From: Clostridia bacterium | GTDB lineage: Bacteria; Bacillota; Clostridia; RGIG6154 | Direction of reading: 5' to 3' | DNA: 64,000 nucleotides | Assembly: GCA_045648505.1 (NCBI GenBank) | Contig: JAZROD010000056.1 | Coordinates: 4,865 to 68,864, forward strand | Part shown: positions 18,040-26,790 of the stretch, one piece after another | Numbering within the stretch: position 1 is the stretch's first letter | Layout of the letters: each line of letters starts with the position of its first letter | The notes under the pieces: generated by a model | Seen by the model: the letters and a program-made list of their open reading frames with translations, nothing else | Told to the model about the DNA's origin: nothing | The model's database searches: none | Translations under genes and position numbers: made by a program

Positions 18040-20598
18040 GTGTTATTTTTGAAAAAATTATTGATTTTTGATGGTAACAGTATTATAAACAGAGCTTATT
18101 ACGGAATAAGACTTTTAACAAATTCAAAAGGCGAATATACCAACGGTATATATGGCTTTTTAAATATATTTTTAAAGTTCTTCAATGAAGAAAAACCTGA
18201 TTTTGTGGCAGTAGCTTTTGACCTTAAGGACAAAACCTTCAGACATAAAATGTATGAAGGCTATAAGGCACAGAGAAAAGGTATGCCCGATGAACTTGCA
18301 TCACAGATGCAGCCACTTAAAGATGTTTTGGATGCAATGAATGTTATGCGTCTTGAAAAATCAGGCTTTGAAGCAGATGATATTATTGGTACGGTTTCTA
18401 AAAAATGCGATGATGAAAATATTAAATGTGTTATTGTAACAGGTGATAAGGATGATTTACAGCTTGCATCTGAAAATACAACCATAAAGCTTGTTGTTAC
18501 AAGAATGGGAAACACCGAAATAACTGATTTTGATGCTAAAGCCGTTGAAGAAAAATATGGCGTTACACCAAGAGAATTTATTGCAATAAAAGCTCTTATG
18601 GGTGACTCAAGCGATAATATTCCGGGTGTTGCAGGAATCGGCGAAAAAACCGCTATGGCTTTAATTGAAAAATACAGAAGCCTTGATAATTTGTATGAAA
18701 ATTTAGCAGACCTTAAAGGTGCAACTCTTAAAAAAATAGAGGAAGGCAAAGATATGGCATATTTAAGCTATCAGCTTTCTGAAATCAACAGAGAAGTGCC
18801 TCTTGATGAAAAGCTTGAAGATATGGCAGTTAAAGAGCCGAAAACAGAAGAGCTTTTTAACATTTTAAATCATCTTGAACTTAAGAGTATTATTTCAAAG
18901 CTTGATATTGAGGTAGCAGAAAGCTCAAAGGCGGAATATGAAATTATAAGCATCAGTTCACCGTCTGAAATATGCCCTGAAAACACCTTTAATTATATTT
19001 TAGATAAAGATGAATCTGAAATCAAAAGACTTTCTTATGAAATGAATGGCAAAGTCTATGTTAAAGACTTTTTAAATCCTCTTGAGTTTATGGCTTATCT
19101 TCCTGTTTTCAAGGAAGTGTTTGAAAATGAAAATATCAAGAAGCTTTCTCACGATATAAAGAGCGATATGGTTTTCCTTAAGAGAACTTATGATATCGAC
19201 TATAAAGGAGAAATCTTTGATACAAAAATTTCTGCATATCTTCTTGACCCTTCAAGAAGCGATTATGTTCTTTCAGACCTTATTGCAGGGTACTGTAATA
19301 TTGGTGAATGCAATAACTGTGCAGGTGCTTTAGCTTTGTTAAAGGAAGCACTTTTAAAACAGATTAAAGAAAATGAACAAGAAGAGCTTTTGTCTGATAT
19401 AGAGCTTCCTCTTGTAAGAGTTCTTGCATCAATGGAAAATGAAGGCTTTAAGGTGGATAAGGACAGCCTTGTTGAATTTTCAAAAATGCTTTCAGCAAAA
19501 CTTTCGGTGCTTGAAAAAATGATATATGATTTAGCAGGCGAAGAGTTTAATATAAATTCACCAAAACAACTTGGAGAAATCCTTTTTGAAAAGCTTGGTA
19601 TTCCTGCAGAAAAGAAAACAAAAACAGGATATTCAACAAATGCGGAAGTTTTGGAAAAGCTTTCGTATAAATATGATATTGCAAGTCTTATTATTGAGTA
19701 CAGAACCTATGCAAAGTTAAATTCAACTTATGCAGAAGGCTTGCAGACAACCGTTAATCCTTCAGACGGAAAAATTCATTCAAGCTTTAATCAGACAGTA
19801 ACCGCAACCGGAAGAATAAGCTCAACAGAGCCAAATCTTCAGAATATCCCTGTCCGTCTTGAGCTTGGCAGAGAAATAAGAAAAATGTTCATAGCATCAG
19901 GCGATAATATTTTAACTGATGCAGACTATTCACAGATTGAGCTTCGTGTTCTTGCTCATGTTTCAGGCGATGAAACAATGATAAATGCATTTAAAAATGA
20001 GCAGGATATTCACACAATTACAGCTTCACAGGTGTTTAAAGTTCCTGTTGAAGAAGTAACCTCTGTTATGAGAACAAGAGCAAAAGCCGTTAACTTCGGT
20101 ATTGTTTACGGCATAGGTGAATTCAGTCTTGCAAAAGACATAAAGGTTTCAGTTAAAGAAGCTAAAAACTATATAGAAAGCTACTTTGAAACATATCCGA
20201 AAATCAAAGCATATCTTGACGAAACCATTGCCTTTGCAAAAGAAACAGGCTTCGTTAAAACTCTTGCAAACAGAAGAAGATATATTCCTGAAATCAAATC
20301 TTCAAATTACAATTTAAGGTCTTTCGGCGAAAGAGTGGCAATGAATGCACCTATTCAGGGCTATGCGGCAGATATCATCAAAATCGCTATGGTGAAAGTA
20401 TTTGAAAGACTTGAAAAAGAAAACTTAAAATCAAAATTAATTCTTCAGGTGCACGACGAACTTATCATAGACACCGTTCCTGAAGAAAAAGATATGGTTG
20501 CAAAAATCTTAAAAGAAGAAATGGAAAAAGCAGTTTCCCTTTCAGTACCATTAAAAGCCGATATGAAATGCGGCAAAAGCTGGTTTGAAACGAAATAA
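18040..20598 (+). CDS. polA: DNA polymerase I (5'-3' exonuclease, vestigial 3'-5' exonuclease, polymerase domain)
   Basis: GTG start with AAGAAAGG RBS. N-terminal LIFDGNSIINRAYYG 5'-nuclease motif. Polymerase motifs RRxxKxxNFGxxYG (RTRAKAVNFGIVYGI) and QVHDELI. Length 852 aa. The middle domain lacks the DxE exonuclease triad, as in Bacillus and Taq type Pol I. Confidence 0.9.
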   Translation: MLFLKKLLIFDGNSIINRAYYGIRLLTNSKGEYTNGIYGFLNIFLKFFNEEKPDFVAVAFDLKDKTFRHKMYEGYKAQRKGMPDELASQMQPLKDVLDAMNVMRLEKSGFEADDIIGTVSKKCDDENIKCVIVTGDKDDLQLASENTTIKLVVTRMGNTEITDFDAKAVEEKYGVTPREFIAIKALMGDSSDNIPGVAGIGEKTAMALIEKYRSLDNLYENLADLKGATLKKIEEGKDMAYLSYQLSEINREVPLDEKLEDMAVKEPKTEELFNILNHLELKSIISKLDIEVAESSKAEYEIISISSPSEICPENTFNYILDKDESEIKRLSYEMNGKVYVKDFLNPLEFMAYLPVFKEVFENENIKKLSHDIKSDMVFLKRTYDIDYKGEIFDTKISAYLLDPSRSDYVLSDLIAGYCNIGECNNCAGALALLKEALLKQIKENEQEELLSDIELPLVRVLASMENEGFKVDKDSLVEFSKMLSAKLSVLEKMIYDLAGEEFNINSPKQLGEILFEKLGIPAEKKTKTGYSTNAEVLEKLSYKYDIASLIIEYRTYAKLNSTYAEGLQTTVNPSDGKIHSSFNQTVTATGRISSTEPNLQNIPVRLELGREIRKMFIASGDNILTDADYSQIELRVLAHVSGDETMINAFKNEQDIHTITASQVFKVPVEEVTSVMRTRAKAVNFGIVYGIGEFSLAKDIKVSVKEAKNYIESYFETYPKIKAYLDETIAFAKETGFVKTLANRRRYIPEIKSSNYNLRSFGERVAMNAPIQGYAADIIKIAMVKVFERLEKENLKSKLILQVHDELIIDTVPEEKDMVAKILKEEMEKAVSLSVPLKADMKCGKSWFETK

Positions 20599-20670
20599 TT
20601 GCGGTGCAAAGCAACGAGATTTAATACTTGAATGTGAGAAATTAAAGAATGTTGAAAAGGAGTGCTGAAA

Positions 20671-21051
20671 ATGAAAAAAATCGGATTAATAGCAATATGT
20701 GTACTGATTATAGCATTTTTGGTTTCCTGTGGTACTGACAATAGCGAAAAGGTATTGAAAAAAGGGGACAAGATAACCATAACCGGAATGGTGGAATATT
20801 CGGAAGAGCCAAGTGATATAGGACAAAAATATTGCTCTGTAACCGGTGACAAGAATATTGAGTATGTTTATACAGATATTTATGATGAAGAATCAAAATG
20901 GTCAAGCAATGTGTTTTTTACTAAAGAGAAAGACACAGACATACTCAAAAAATATGTAGGACAAAAGGTTACTGTTTCAGGGGTGTTAGATACAGAATCT
21001 CACGGGATTCCATATATAACAAATATTGAAATTACAGAAGGAGGAGCTTAA
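20671..21051 (+). CDS. Small lipoprotein of unknown function
   Basis: ATG 20671 with AAAGGAG RBS. MKKIGLIAICVLIIAFLVSC has lipobox L-V-S-C. About 105-aa mature acidic domain. Confidence 0.7.
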   Translation: MKKIGLIAICVLIIAFLVSCGTDNSEKVLKKGDKITITGMVEYSEEPSDIGQKYCSVTGDKNIEYVYTDIYDEESKWSSNVFFTKEKDTDILKKYVGQKVTVSGVLDTESHGIPYITNIEITEGGA

Positions 21052-21052
21052 A

Positions 21053-21451
21053 ATGACTAGATGTGAAAAAGCGGTAGAGTATCATAAAAAAGGTTGTAAC
21101 TGTGCACAGGCAGTGGCGTGTGTATTTGCAGATAAATTAGGATATAGTGAAGATGAAATTTTCAGACTTACAGAGGCTTTCGGCGGTGGAATGGGCGGAA
21201 CACAAGGTGTTTGCGGTGCCGTAAGTGCCATGGTTTTTGTGGTTGGTGGAATTAAAAGCTACGGAATTGACAGATTGCCTGAAACAAACAAGAGAGAAAG
21301 CTATGACATAGCAGGCGAGCTTATGGAAAAATTCCGTTGTAAAATAGGCACAACTATGTGTAGCCAAATTAAAAGAGAACAGCTTCGCTCATGTGACGGA
21401 TGCATAGAAGATGCAGTTGAAATATTAGAGGAATTTCTTAATAGCATATAA
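21053..21451 (+). CDS. C_GCAxxG_C_C family protein (putative redox-active Cys-rich protein)
   Basis: ATG 21053 with GAAGGAGGAG RBS. Sequence KGCNCAQAVACVF...GGGMGGTQGVCGAVSAM...C..C matches the C-GCAxxG-C-C family signature. Translationally coupled to the upstream lipoprotein gene (stop and start adjacent). Confidence 0.7.
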   Translation: MTRCEKAVEYHKKGCNCAQAVACVFADKLGYSEDEIFRLTEAFGGGMGGTQGVCGAVSAMVFVVGGIKSYGIDRLPETNKRESYDIAGELMEKFRCKIGTTMCSQIKREQLRSCDGCIEDAVEILEEFLNSI

Positions 21452-21476
21452 TTGCAACAGGATGCTGATAAATAAC

Positions 21477-21499
21477 AAAACATTGTAATAATGTTTTTA
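21477..21499 (+). terminator. Intrinsic terminator after the lipoprotein/C_GCAxxG_C_C pair
   Basis: AAAACATT-gtaat-AATGTTTT perfect inverted repeat followed by T. Confidence 0.5.
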
Positions 21500-21513
21500 T
21501 ACAGGGAGTAAGT

Positions 21514-22080
21514 ATGGTAATAGGAATAACAGGCGGAAGCGGTGGCGGAAAGACTACGGTTTCTGAAGAATTTAAAAAAGCAGGTTTTAAAATAATTGAT
21601 GCAGACAAAGTTGCACATAAGGTTATGGGCAAGGGAACAGATTGTCTTAAAGAGGTTATAGAAGCCTTTTCGGATGAATATCTTAAAGAAGACGGTGAGC
21701 TTGACAGAAAGAAGCTTGGCGCTCTTGTGTTTAATTCGCCCGAAAAACTGAAGCTTTTAAACCTGATAACCCATAAACATATTGTAAAAGAAATAGAAAA
21801 ACAGATAGAAGAAAAAACTGTAATTGATGCTATTGGTCTTTTTGATACAGACCTGTATAAGCTTTGTGACAGTACAATTTTTGTGCTTTGCCCTGAAGAA
21901 ATCAGAATCGAAAGGATTATGGCAAGAGAGGGTATAAGCAGAGAGTATGCATCAAGCAGAATAAAAGCACAGAAAAGTGATGAATATTTTAAAGAAAAAG
22001 CAGACTTTATTATCATAAACGATGGTAAAGAGGACATAAAAAATCAATTGAAAGGGATTTACGGTGAAGAAATATTTTAA
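21514..22080 (+). CDS. coaE: Dephospho-CoA kinase
   Basis: MVIGITGGSGGGKTTVSEEF P-loop and FKIIDADKVAH, the typical CoaE N-terminus. 188 aa. Confidence 0.9.
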   Translation: MVIGITGGSGGGKTTVSEEFKKAGFKIIDADKVAHKVMGKGTDCLKEVIEAFSDEYLKEDGELDRKKLGALVFNSPEKLKLLNLITHKHIVKEIEKQIEEKTVIDAIGLFDTDLYKLCDSTIFVLCPEEIRIERIMAREGISREYASSRIKAQKSDEYFKEKADFIIINDGKEDIKNQLKGIYGEEIF

Positions 22081-22603
22081 AAGTCTTATATTGGTAATAT
22101 TGATAATTTTATTATCAGTACTTATAGTGAAGAGATTATTTCCGGTAAAATACGGAGAGTATATAGATTCATATTGTCAGGAATATGGTGTGGATAAAAG
22201 CCTTGTGCTTGCAATAATCAAAGCAGAAAGCGGATTTGATGAAAATGCACAATCTCAGGCAGGTGCAAAGGGTCTTATGCAGCTTACTGAAGAAACTGCA
22301 CTATGGTGCGGTGAAAGAATGGGACTTTCTTTAATGACAGACGACATTAAAAAGCCTGAAACAAATATCAGACTGGGAATATGGTATTTAAGCTATCTGA
22401 AAAAAGCAACTGCTTCTGAAGATATTGCCATTATTTCATATAATGCAGGCATCAATAAAGTCAAAGAATGGATAGACGGAAAAGTTATTGATGAAAAGAA
22501 GGTCGATTTTGATAAGATACCTTATGAAGAAACAAAAAATTATATCAAAAAGGTGCATCTTTACAAACAAATTTACAGTATTTTATATAACATAACCCCT
22601 TGA
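22064..22603 (+). CDS. Membrane-anchored lytic transglycosylase (SLT domain)
   Basis: N-terminal TM anchor. Catalytic region AESGFDENAQSQAGAKGLMQLTEETA is the SLT/GEWL E-S...GLMQ motif. Start overlaps the coaE 3' end. Confidence 0.8.
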   Translation: MKKYFKSLILVILIILLSVLIVKRLFPVKYGEYIDSYCQEYGVDKSLVLAIIKAESGFDENAQSQAGAKGLMQLTEETALWCGERMGLSLMTDDIKKPETNIRLGIWYLSYLKKATASEDIAIISYNAGINKVKEWIDGKVIDEKKVDFDKIPYEETKNYIKKVHLYKQIYSILYNITP

Positions 22604-22664
22604 CAAATGGGTGTGTTTGATGTTAACATTAGAATGTTAATTTTGAACAAAACGGAGAAGTAGT

Positions 22665-23429
22665 ATGAATAACAAAGAAAGAAGAGAGCATATATGCTCA
22701 TATATAGAATCTAAAGGAGAAGCAACTATTGCAGAGCTTTCAAATCTTTATCCAGAAATTTCTGCAATGACTTTAAGACGCGACCTTAATTATCTTGAAG
22801 AAGAACACAAGATAATAAGAACAAGAGGCGGTGCAAAAGCGGTATCTTTTATAACCGATAACATCAACGAAGAAAAGTTCTTAAAGCAAAAGCTTGTTCA
22901 CATAGAAGAGAAAAATATAATCGCAAAAAAGGCGGTTCAGTATATAATGCCGGGAAGGTCAATCTTCCTTGATGCAGGGTCAACAATGATGTGTCTTGCA
23001 AAAATAATGCCGGATGAAAGATATTATGTGTTCACATCGGCACCTAATGTTGCAATGGAGGTTATGTATTCAACATCTTCTGTTGTGCATTTAACAGGTG
23101 GCGAAATGAACAGAGATAATCTTGCAGTTGCAGGTGCAGGCGCAGTTGATTTTATGAAAAATATCAATATTGATATTGCCTTTATAACAGTACCCGGATT
23201 TTCATTAAGCAATGGTTTTTCCTGCGGAAATGTTAATGATTGTCAGCTTAAAAAAGCAATTGTTGAAAGAGCCGAAAAGGTTATCGTTTTAATGGACAGT
23301 TCAAAAGTTGGTATCAATATGCCATATACTTATGCAAGGCTTGCGGATATTGATATTTTAATAAGTGACGGTAAGCTTCCTGACGAGTTTGTTAAAGAGG
23401 CACAGAAAAATAATGTTACAATAATTTAA
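22665..23429 (+). CDS. DeoR/GlpR family transcriptional regulator
   Basis: N-terminal HTH IAELSNLYPEISAMTLRRDLNYLEEEHKIIRTRGGA. C-terminal DeoR sugar-phosphate-binding domain with the DAGSTMM segment. Confidence 0.85.
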   Translation: MNNKERREHICSYIESKGEATIAELSNLYPEISAMTLRRDLNYLEEEHKIIRTRGGAKAVSFITDNINEEKFLKQKLVHIEEKNIIAKKAVQYIMPGRSIFLDAGSTMMCLAKIMPDERYYVFTSAPNVAMEVMYSTSSVVHLTGGEMNRDNLAVAGAGAVDFMKNINIDIAFITVPGFSLSNGFSCGNVNDCQLKKAIVERAEKVIVLMDSSKVGINMPYTYARLADIDILISDGKLPDEFVKEAQKNNVTII

Positions 23430-23439
23430 GGAGACAAAA

Positions 23440-25296
23440 ATGAAAAATAAAGTAATAACAATGCCTTTGTTTGACCCGTTGAATGAATCCCTTAAATACA
23501 AATGTATAGCGGTACGAAAAAAACTTGAAATTGCAAAGAATGTTGTATCATCAAGCATAAGGATTTATTCAAACTGTCTGTATGTGCTTTATGTTAACAC
23601 ACAACCTGTTTTAAGGTCACTTGGCGTAAATGATACTGATTTAAGAAAAATTCAGGAGGCTGACATAACAACTTTCACAAGAGACGGCATCAATGCAATA
23701 TGTGTTATGCTTTACAGCTATACAGATGAAGAGCCTTTTGTATACATAGACGGAGAAATAGACACAGGAGATGAAAAAATTACAGTTTCAAGTGATGAAA
23801 GCTTTAAGATTTCAGTTGTTGAAGCTTATGATGAAAAAGCACCTAAACTTGCATATTTCAAAAATCCTGTTGAAGTTTTTGATAATTCAAAGTATGAAGA
23901 AAATTGGCTTAATTGTGATTTCAATGATGAAAAGTGGAAAAATGCCACAGTTAAATCAGATGAGTTGTCATTAAGAACAGAAGCAGATAAGCTTTCTTTC
24001 ACAGAAGAAGAATATGAAGGCAAGCTTATTCTTGCGGCAGGAGTAGGCAACGAAGCTTCGGATACTTTAGCTGTTCATCAGAGAATCGCAGCTGAAATGA
24101 AGGATGTAAAAATGAGCCATGTGTTCGTGATTGGTACAAGTTGTGAAATCAAACCACTTGACAAAGGTTCATTCAGCTATATACTTGTTGATTTTGAAAA
24201 AGTTGTATCAGGTTTTCTTAAACTTGACATAACAGGCTATAAGGGTGATATAGTTGATGTTTGTTTTGCAAAGAAGCTTGAAAATGAACGCCCTGTTATA
24301 AATTCTGTTGCCCGTTTTATTCTTAAAGATGATGAAAACATTCTGGAAACAAGATTTTATGACAATACTTTCAGATATGTTCTTCTTGTTTTCAGAAACT
24401 ATGTGAGAAAAGATGTTTTAAACAAGGTTTCTGCAATTCAGAGAACAACATCCTTTGTAAAAGAAATAGAAAATAAAGAACTTTATGAAATTTTAAAGCT
24501 GAATGTTAAAGAAAAAATCTGCAAAAATCAGAAACAGCTTTCATTGAAAGAACAGTATCTTTATACAGAAAATCTTTACAGAGAATATGGTGAAACTACA
24601 CATCTTAAAAATATTATTTATGATATTGGTTATCATCAGTTAAGTGACGGAAGATTTGTTGCAAACTATCCGCATTTTAAAAAGATTTACGATAAAGATT
24701 CAATGCTTTTTGTTAATATGCTTGAAAAGTATACTATATATTCAGAAGAAACAGAAACCGCAAAAGAATTTTACAACAGAGTTTTATGTTGCCTTAATTA
24801 TTTTACACAGAAAGAAAATAAATTTGGTGCAATTGAAGAAGATGGAACAATTTTACTTGATAAAAATCTTTGCTATGTTAAAATGCTTGAAAGTGTTAAA
24901 AATCTTGCAGGTGTTTTAAAGCAGAAAGAAACAGTGGAAGTTCTGAATAAAAAAATCAAGAAGCTGAAAAAATATCTTAAAAAGGAATTTTATAATCAGG
25001 ATATAAAAGTATTCAGCAGTGAAATAACAAATGGTGTTAAGAATAATATAATTGATGTTGATGCAAATATTCTTATTCTTGATATGCTTTATAAAAAGGG
25101 AAATAAAAAGACTGAAATTATGATGAATAATTTAACTGATAAATCTATAGTTTCTGCAGAAGTTATTTCTCTTTCTGAAGACAAAATAACAGAATTTGTA
25201 TCAGTTTGCAGGAAATTCAAAATGGAGCATTTAATCAAACCTGAGCTTGAAAAGCATAAAGGTGACAACCTTATTCTTGCAAAGGCATTGATATGA
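23440..25296 (+). CDS. Hypothetical protein. Possibly a glycoside-hydrolase-like protein with a beta-sandwich plus helical domain (alpha-L-rhamnosidase/GH78-like). Assignment is weak.
   Basis: Segment SYILVDFEKVVSGFLKLDITGYKGDIVDVCFAKKLEN resembles the xDFGxxxxGxxxLxxxGxxGxxVxLxxxExL beta-sandwich signature of rhamnosidase-type hydrolases. No signal peptide. Starts 11 nt after deoR. Confidence 0.55.
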   Translation: MKNKVITMPLFDPLNESLKYKCIAVRKKLEIAKNVVSSSIRIYSNCLYVLYVNTQPVLRSLGVNDTDLRKIQEADITTFTRDGINAICVMLYSYTDEEPFVYIDGEIDTGDEKITVSSDESFKISVVEAYDEKAPKLAYFKNPVEVFDNSKYEENWLNCDFNDEKWKNATVKSDELSLRTEADKLSFTEEEYEGKLILAAGVGNEASDTLAVHQRIAAEMKDVKMSHVFVIGTSCEIKPLDKGSFSYILVDFEKVVSGFLKLDITGYKGDIVDVCFAKKLENERPVINSVARFILKDDENILETRFYDNTFRYVLLVFRNYVRKDVLNKVSAIQRTTSFVKEIENKELYEILKLNVKEKICKNQKQLSLKEQYLYTENLYREYGETTHLKNIIYDIGYHQLSDGRFVANYPHFKKIYDKDSMLFVNMLEKYTIYSEETETAKEFYNRVLCCLNYFTQKENKFGAIEEDGTILLDKNLCYVKMLESVKNLAGVLKQKETVEVLNKKIKKLKKYLKKEFYNQDIKVFSSEITNGVKNNIIDVDANILILDMLYKKGNKKTEIMMNNLTDKSIVSAEVISLSEDKITEFVSVCRKFKMEHLIKPELEKHKGDNLILAKALI

Positions 25297-25309
25297 AAGG
25301 AAGGGCAAA

Positions 25310-26692
25310 ATGGAAGATATTTTATATAAAAGAAAAAACGGTTATGAAAATATGACCGAAGAACTGAAAAAAGATATTCACAATTTCAATGAAGGATATA
25401 AGAACTTTTTATCACTTTGCAAAACAGAGAGAGAATGTGCACAGTTCTGTCAGAAAGTTGCAGAAGATAATGGTTTTAAAGCTCTTGACAGCTTTGATAA
25501 TTTAAAAAGTGGCGATAAGTTTTATGTTATAAACAGAGGAAGAGCCATTATGATGGGCATTATGGGTAAGAAAAATGTGTGGGAAGGCACAAGAGTTGTT
25601 GCGGCACACATTGATTCACCTCGTCTTGACTTAAAACAAAATCCACTTTATGAATCAGAAGAACTTGCATTCTTCAAAACTCACTACTATGGTGGTATTA
25701 AAAAATATCAGTGGGTTGCTATGCCTCTTGCAATTCACGGCGCGGTTATTTTAAAAGGTGGAGAAAAAATTGATATTGTAATCGGTGAAGAAGAAAACGA
25801 CCCTGTTTTCTGCGTTACAGACCTTCTTCCGCATCTTGCCGCATCACAGATGGAAAATAAAGGCGGAAAAATTATTGAAGGTGAAAAGCTTAATGTTTTA
25901 ATCGGAAGCGAAGGTCTTATGGAAGACGAAAAGCTTTCTGTTAAAAATAACATTATGAAGCTTTTAAATGAAAAATACGGTATCACAGAAAAAGATTTCA
26001 TAACCGCAGATATTGAGGTTGTTCCTGCATTTAAGGCTAAAGATGTGGGAATTGACAGAAGTATGGTAGGCTCTTACGGTCAGGATGACAGAGTTTGTGC
26101 ATATACTGCATTAAAAGCAATTCTTGACACAGAGATGCCTGAATACACATCAATCTGCTATCTTGTTGATAAAGAAGAAATCGGTAGCTGCGACTCAACA
26201 GGTATGAAATCAAAATTCTTTGAAGATATTTTAGCAAAGCTTTGCTATAAAACAACTGATAAGTATGCCGATGTTTTAGTTGCAGATGCAAGATTGAACA
26301 CAATTTGCCTTTCTGCAGATGTAACTGCGGCAGTTGACCCTAACTATGACCATGTTAATGAAAAGAAAAACAGTGCTTTCTTTAACAAAGGTATTGCACT
26401 TATGAAATATTCAGGTGCAAGAGGTAAAAGCGGAACAAACGAAGCAACTGCAGAGCTTGTGAGAAAAATCACAGATATTTTTGATGATAATGATGTTGCA
26501 TGGCAGACCGCAGAACTTGGTAAGGTTGACGAAGGCGGCGGTGGAACTGTAGCACAGTATTTTGCAGTTTTAAATATTGATGTTATAGACTGTGGAGTAC
26601 CGCTTCTTTCAATGCACGCACCATTTGAAATTGCATCAAAATATGATGTTTATATGGGATATAAGGCGTATAACGCATTTTATAAAAATTAA
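25310..26692 (+). CDS. M18 family aminopeptidase (aspartyl aminopeptidase/aminopeptidase I-like)
   Basis: VVAAHIDSPRLDLKQNPLYE and GGIKKYQWV match M18 motifs. The GSYGQDDRVCAYTAL region carries the metal-binding Asp. 460 aa. Confidence 0.85.
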   Translation: MEDILYKRKNGYENMTEELKKDIHNFNEGYKNFLSLCKTERECAQFCQKVAEDNGFKALDSFDNLKSGDKFYVINRGRAIMMGIMGKKNVWEGTRVVAAHIDSPRLDLKQNPLYESEELAFFKTHYYGGIKKYQWVAMPLAIHGAVILKGGEKIDIVIGEEENDPVFCVTDLLPHLAASQMENKGGKIIEGEKLNVLIGSEGLMEDEKLSVKNNIMKLLNEKYGITEKDFITADIEVVPAFKAKDVGIDRSMVGSYGQDDRVCAYTALKAILDTEMPEYTSICYLVDKEEIGSCDSTGMKSKFFEDILAKLCYKTTDKYADVLVADARLNTICLSADVTAAVDPNYDHVNEKKNSAFFNKGIALMKYSGARGKSGTNEATAELVRKITDIFDDNDVAWQTAELGKVDEGGGGTVAQYFAVLNIDVIDCGVPLLSMHAPFEIASKYDVYMGYKAYNAFYKN

Positions 26693-26702
26693 ATAGCAAC
26701 AA

Positions 26703-26738
26703 AAATGTCGCTTTTTATTTAAAAAGCGACATTTGAGT
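26703..26738. terminator. Bidirectional intrinsic terminator
   Basis: Perfect 14-bp inverted repeat AAATGTCGCTTTTT-attt-AAAAAGCGACATTT. Confidence 0.6.
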
Positions 26739-26790
26739 ATTGTTTATAATTTGCAGAAATTATATAATAAAATAAAAAAGGCAGGATAAT

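Noticed and set aside
18261-18749. 162-aa minus-strand ORF inside polA
   Set aside because: Antisense to the conserved 5'-nuclease domain of Pol I. Spurious.
21438-22037. 199-aa ORF on the minus strand
   Set aside because: It lies entirely antisense to coaE, which has clear P-loop motifs. It is a low-complexity Ser/Leu/Ile-rich translation typical of an antisense frame in AT-rich DNA.
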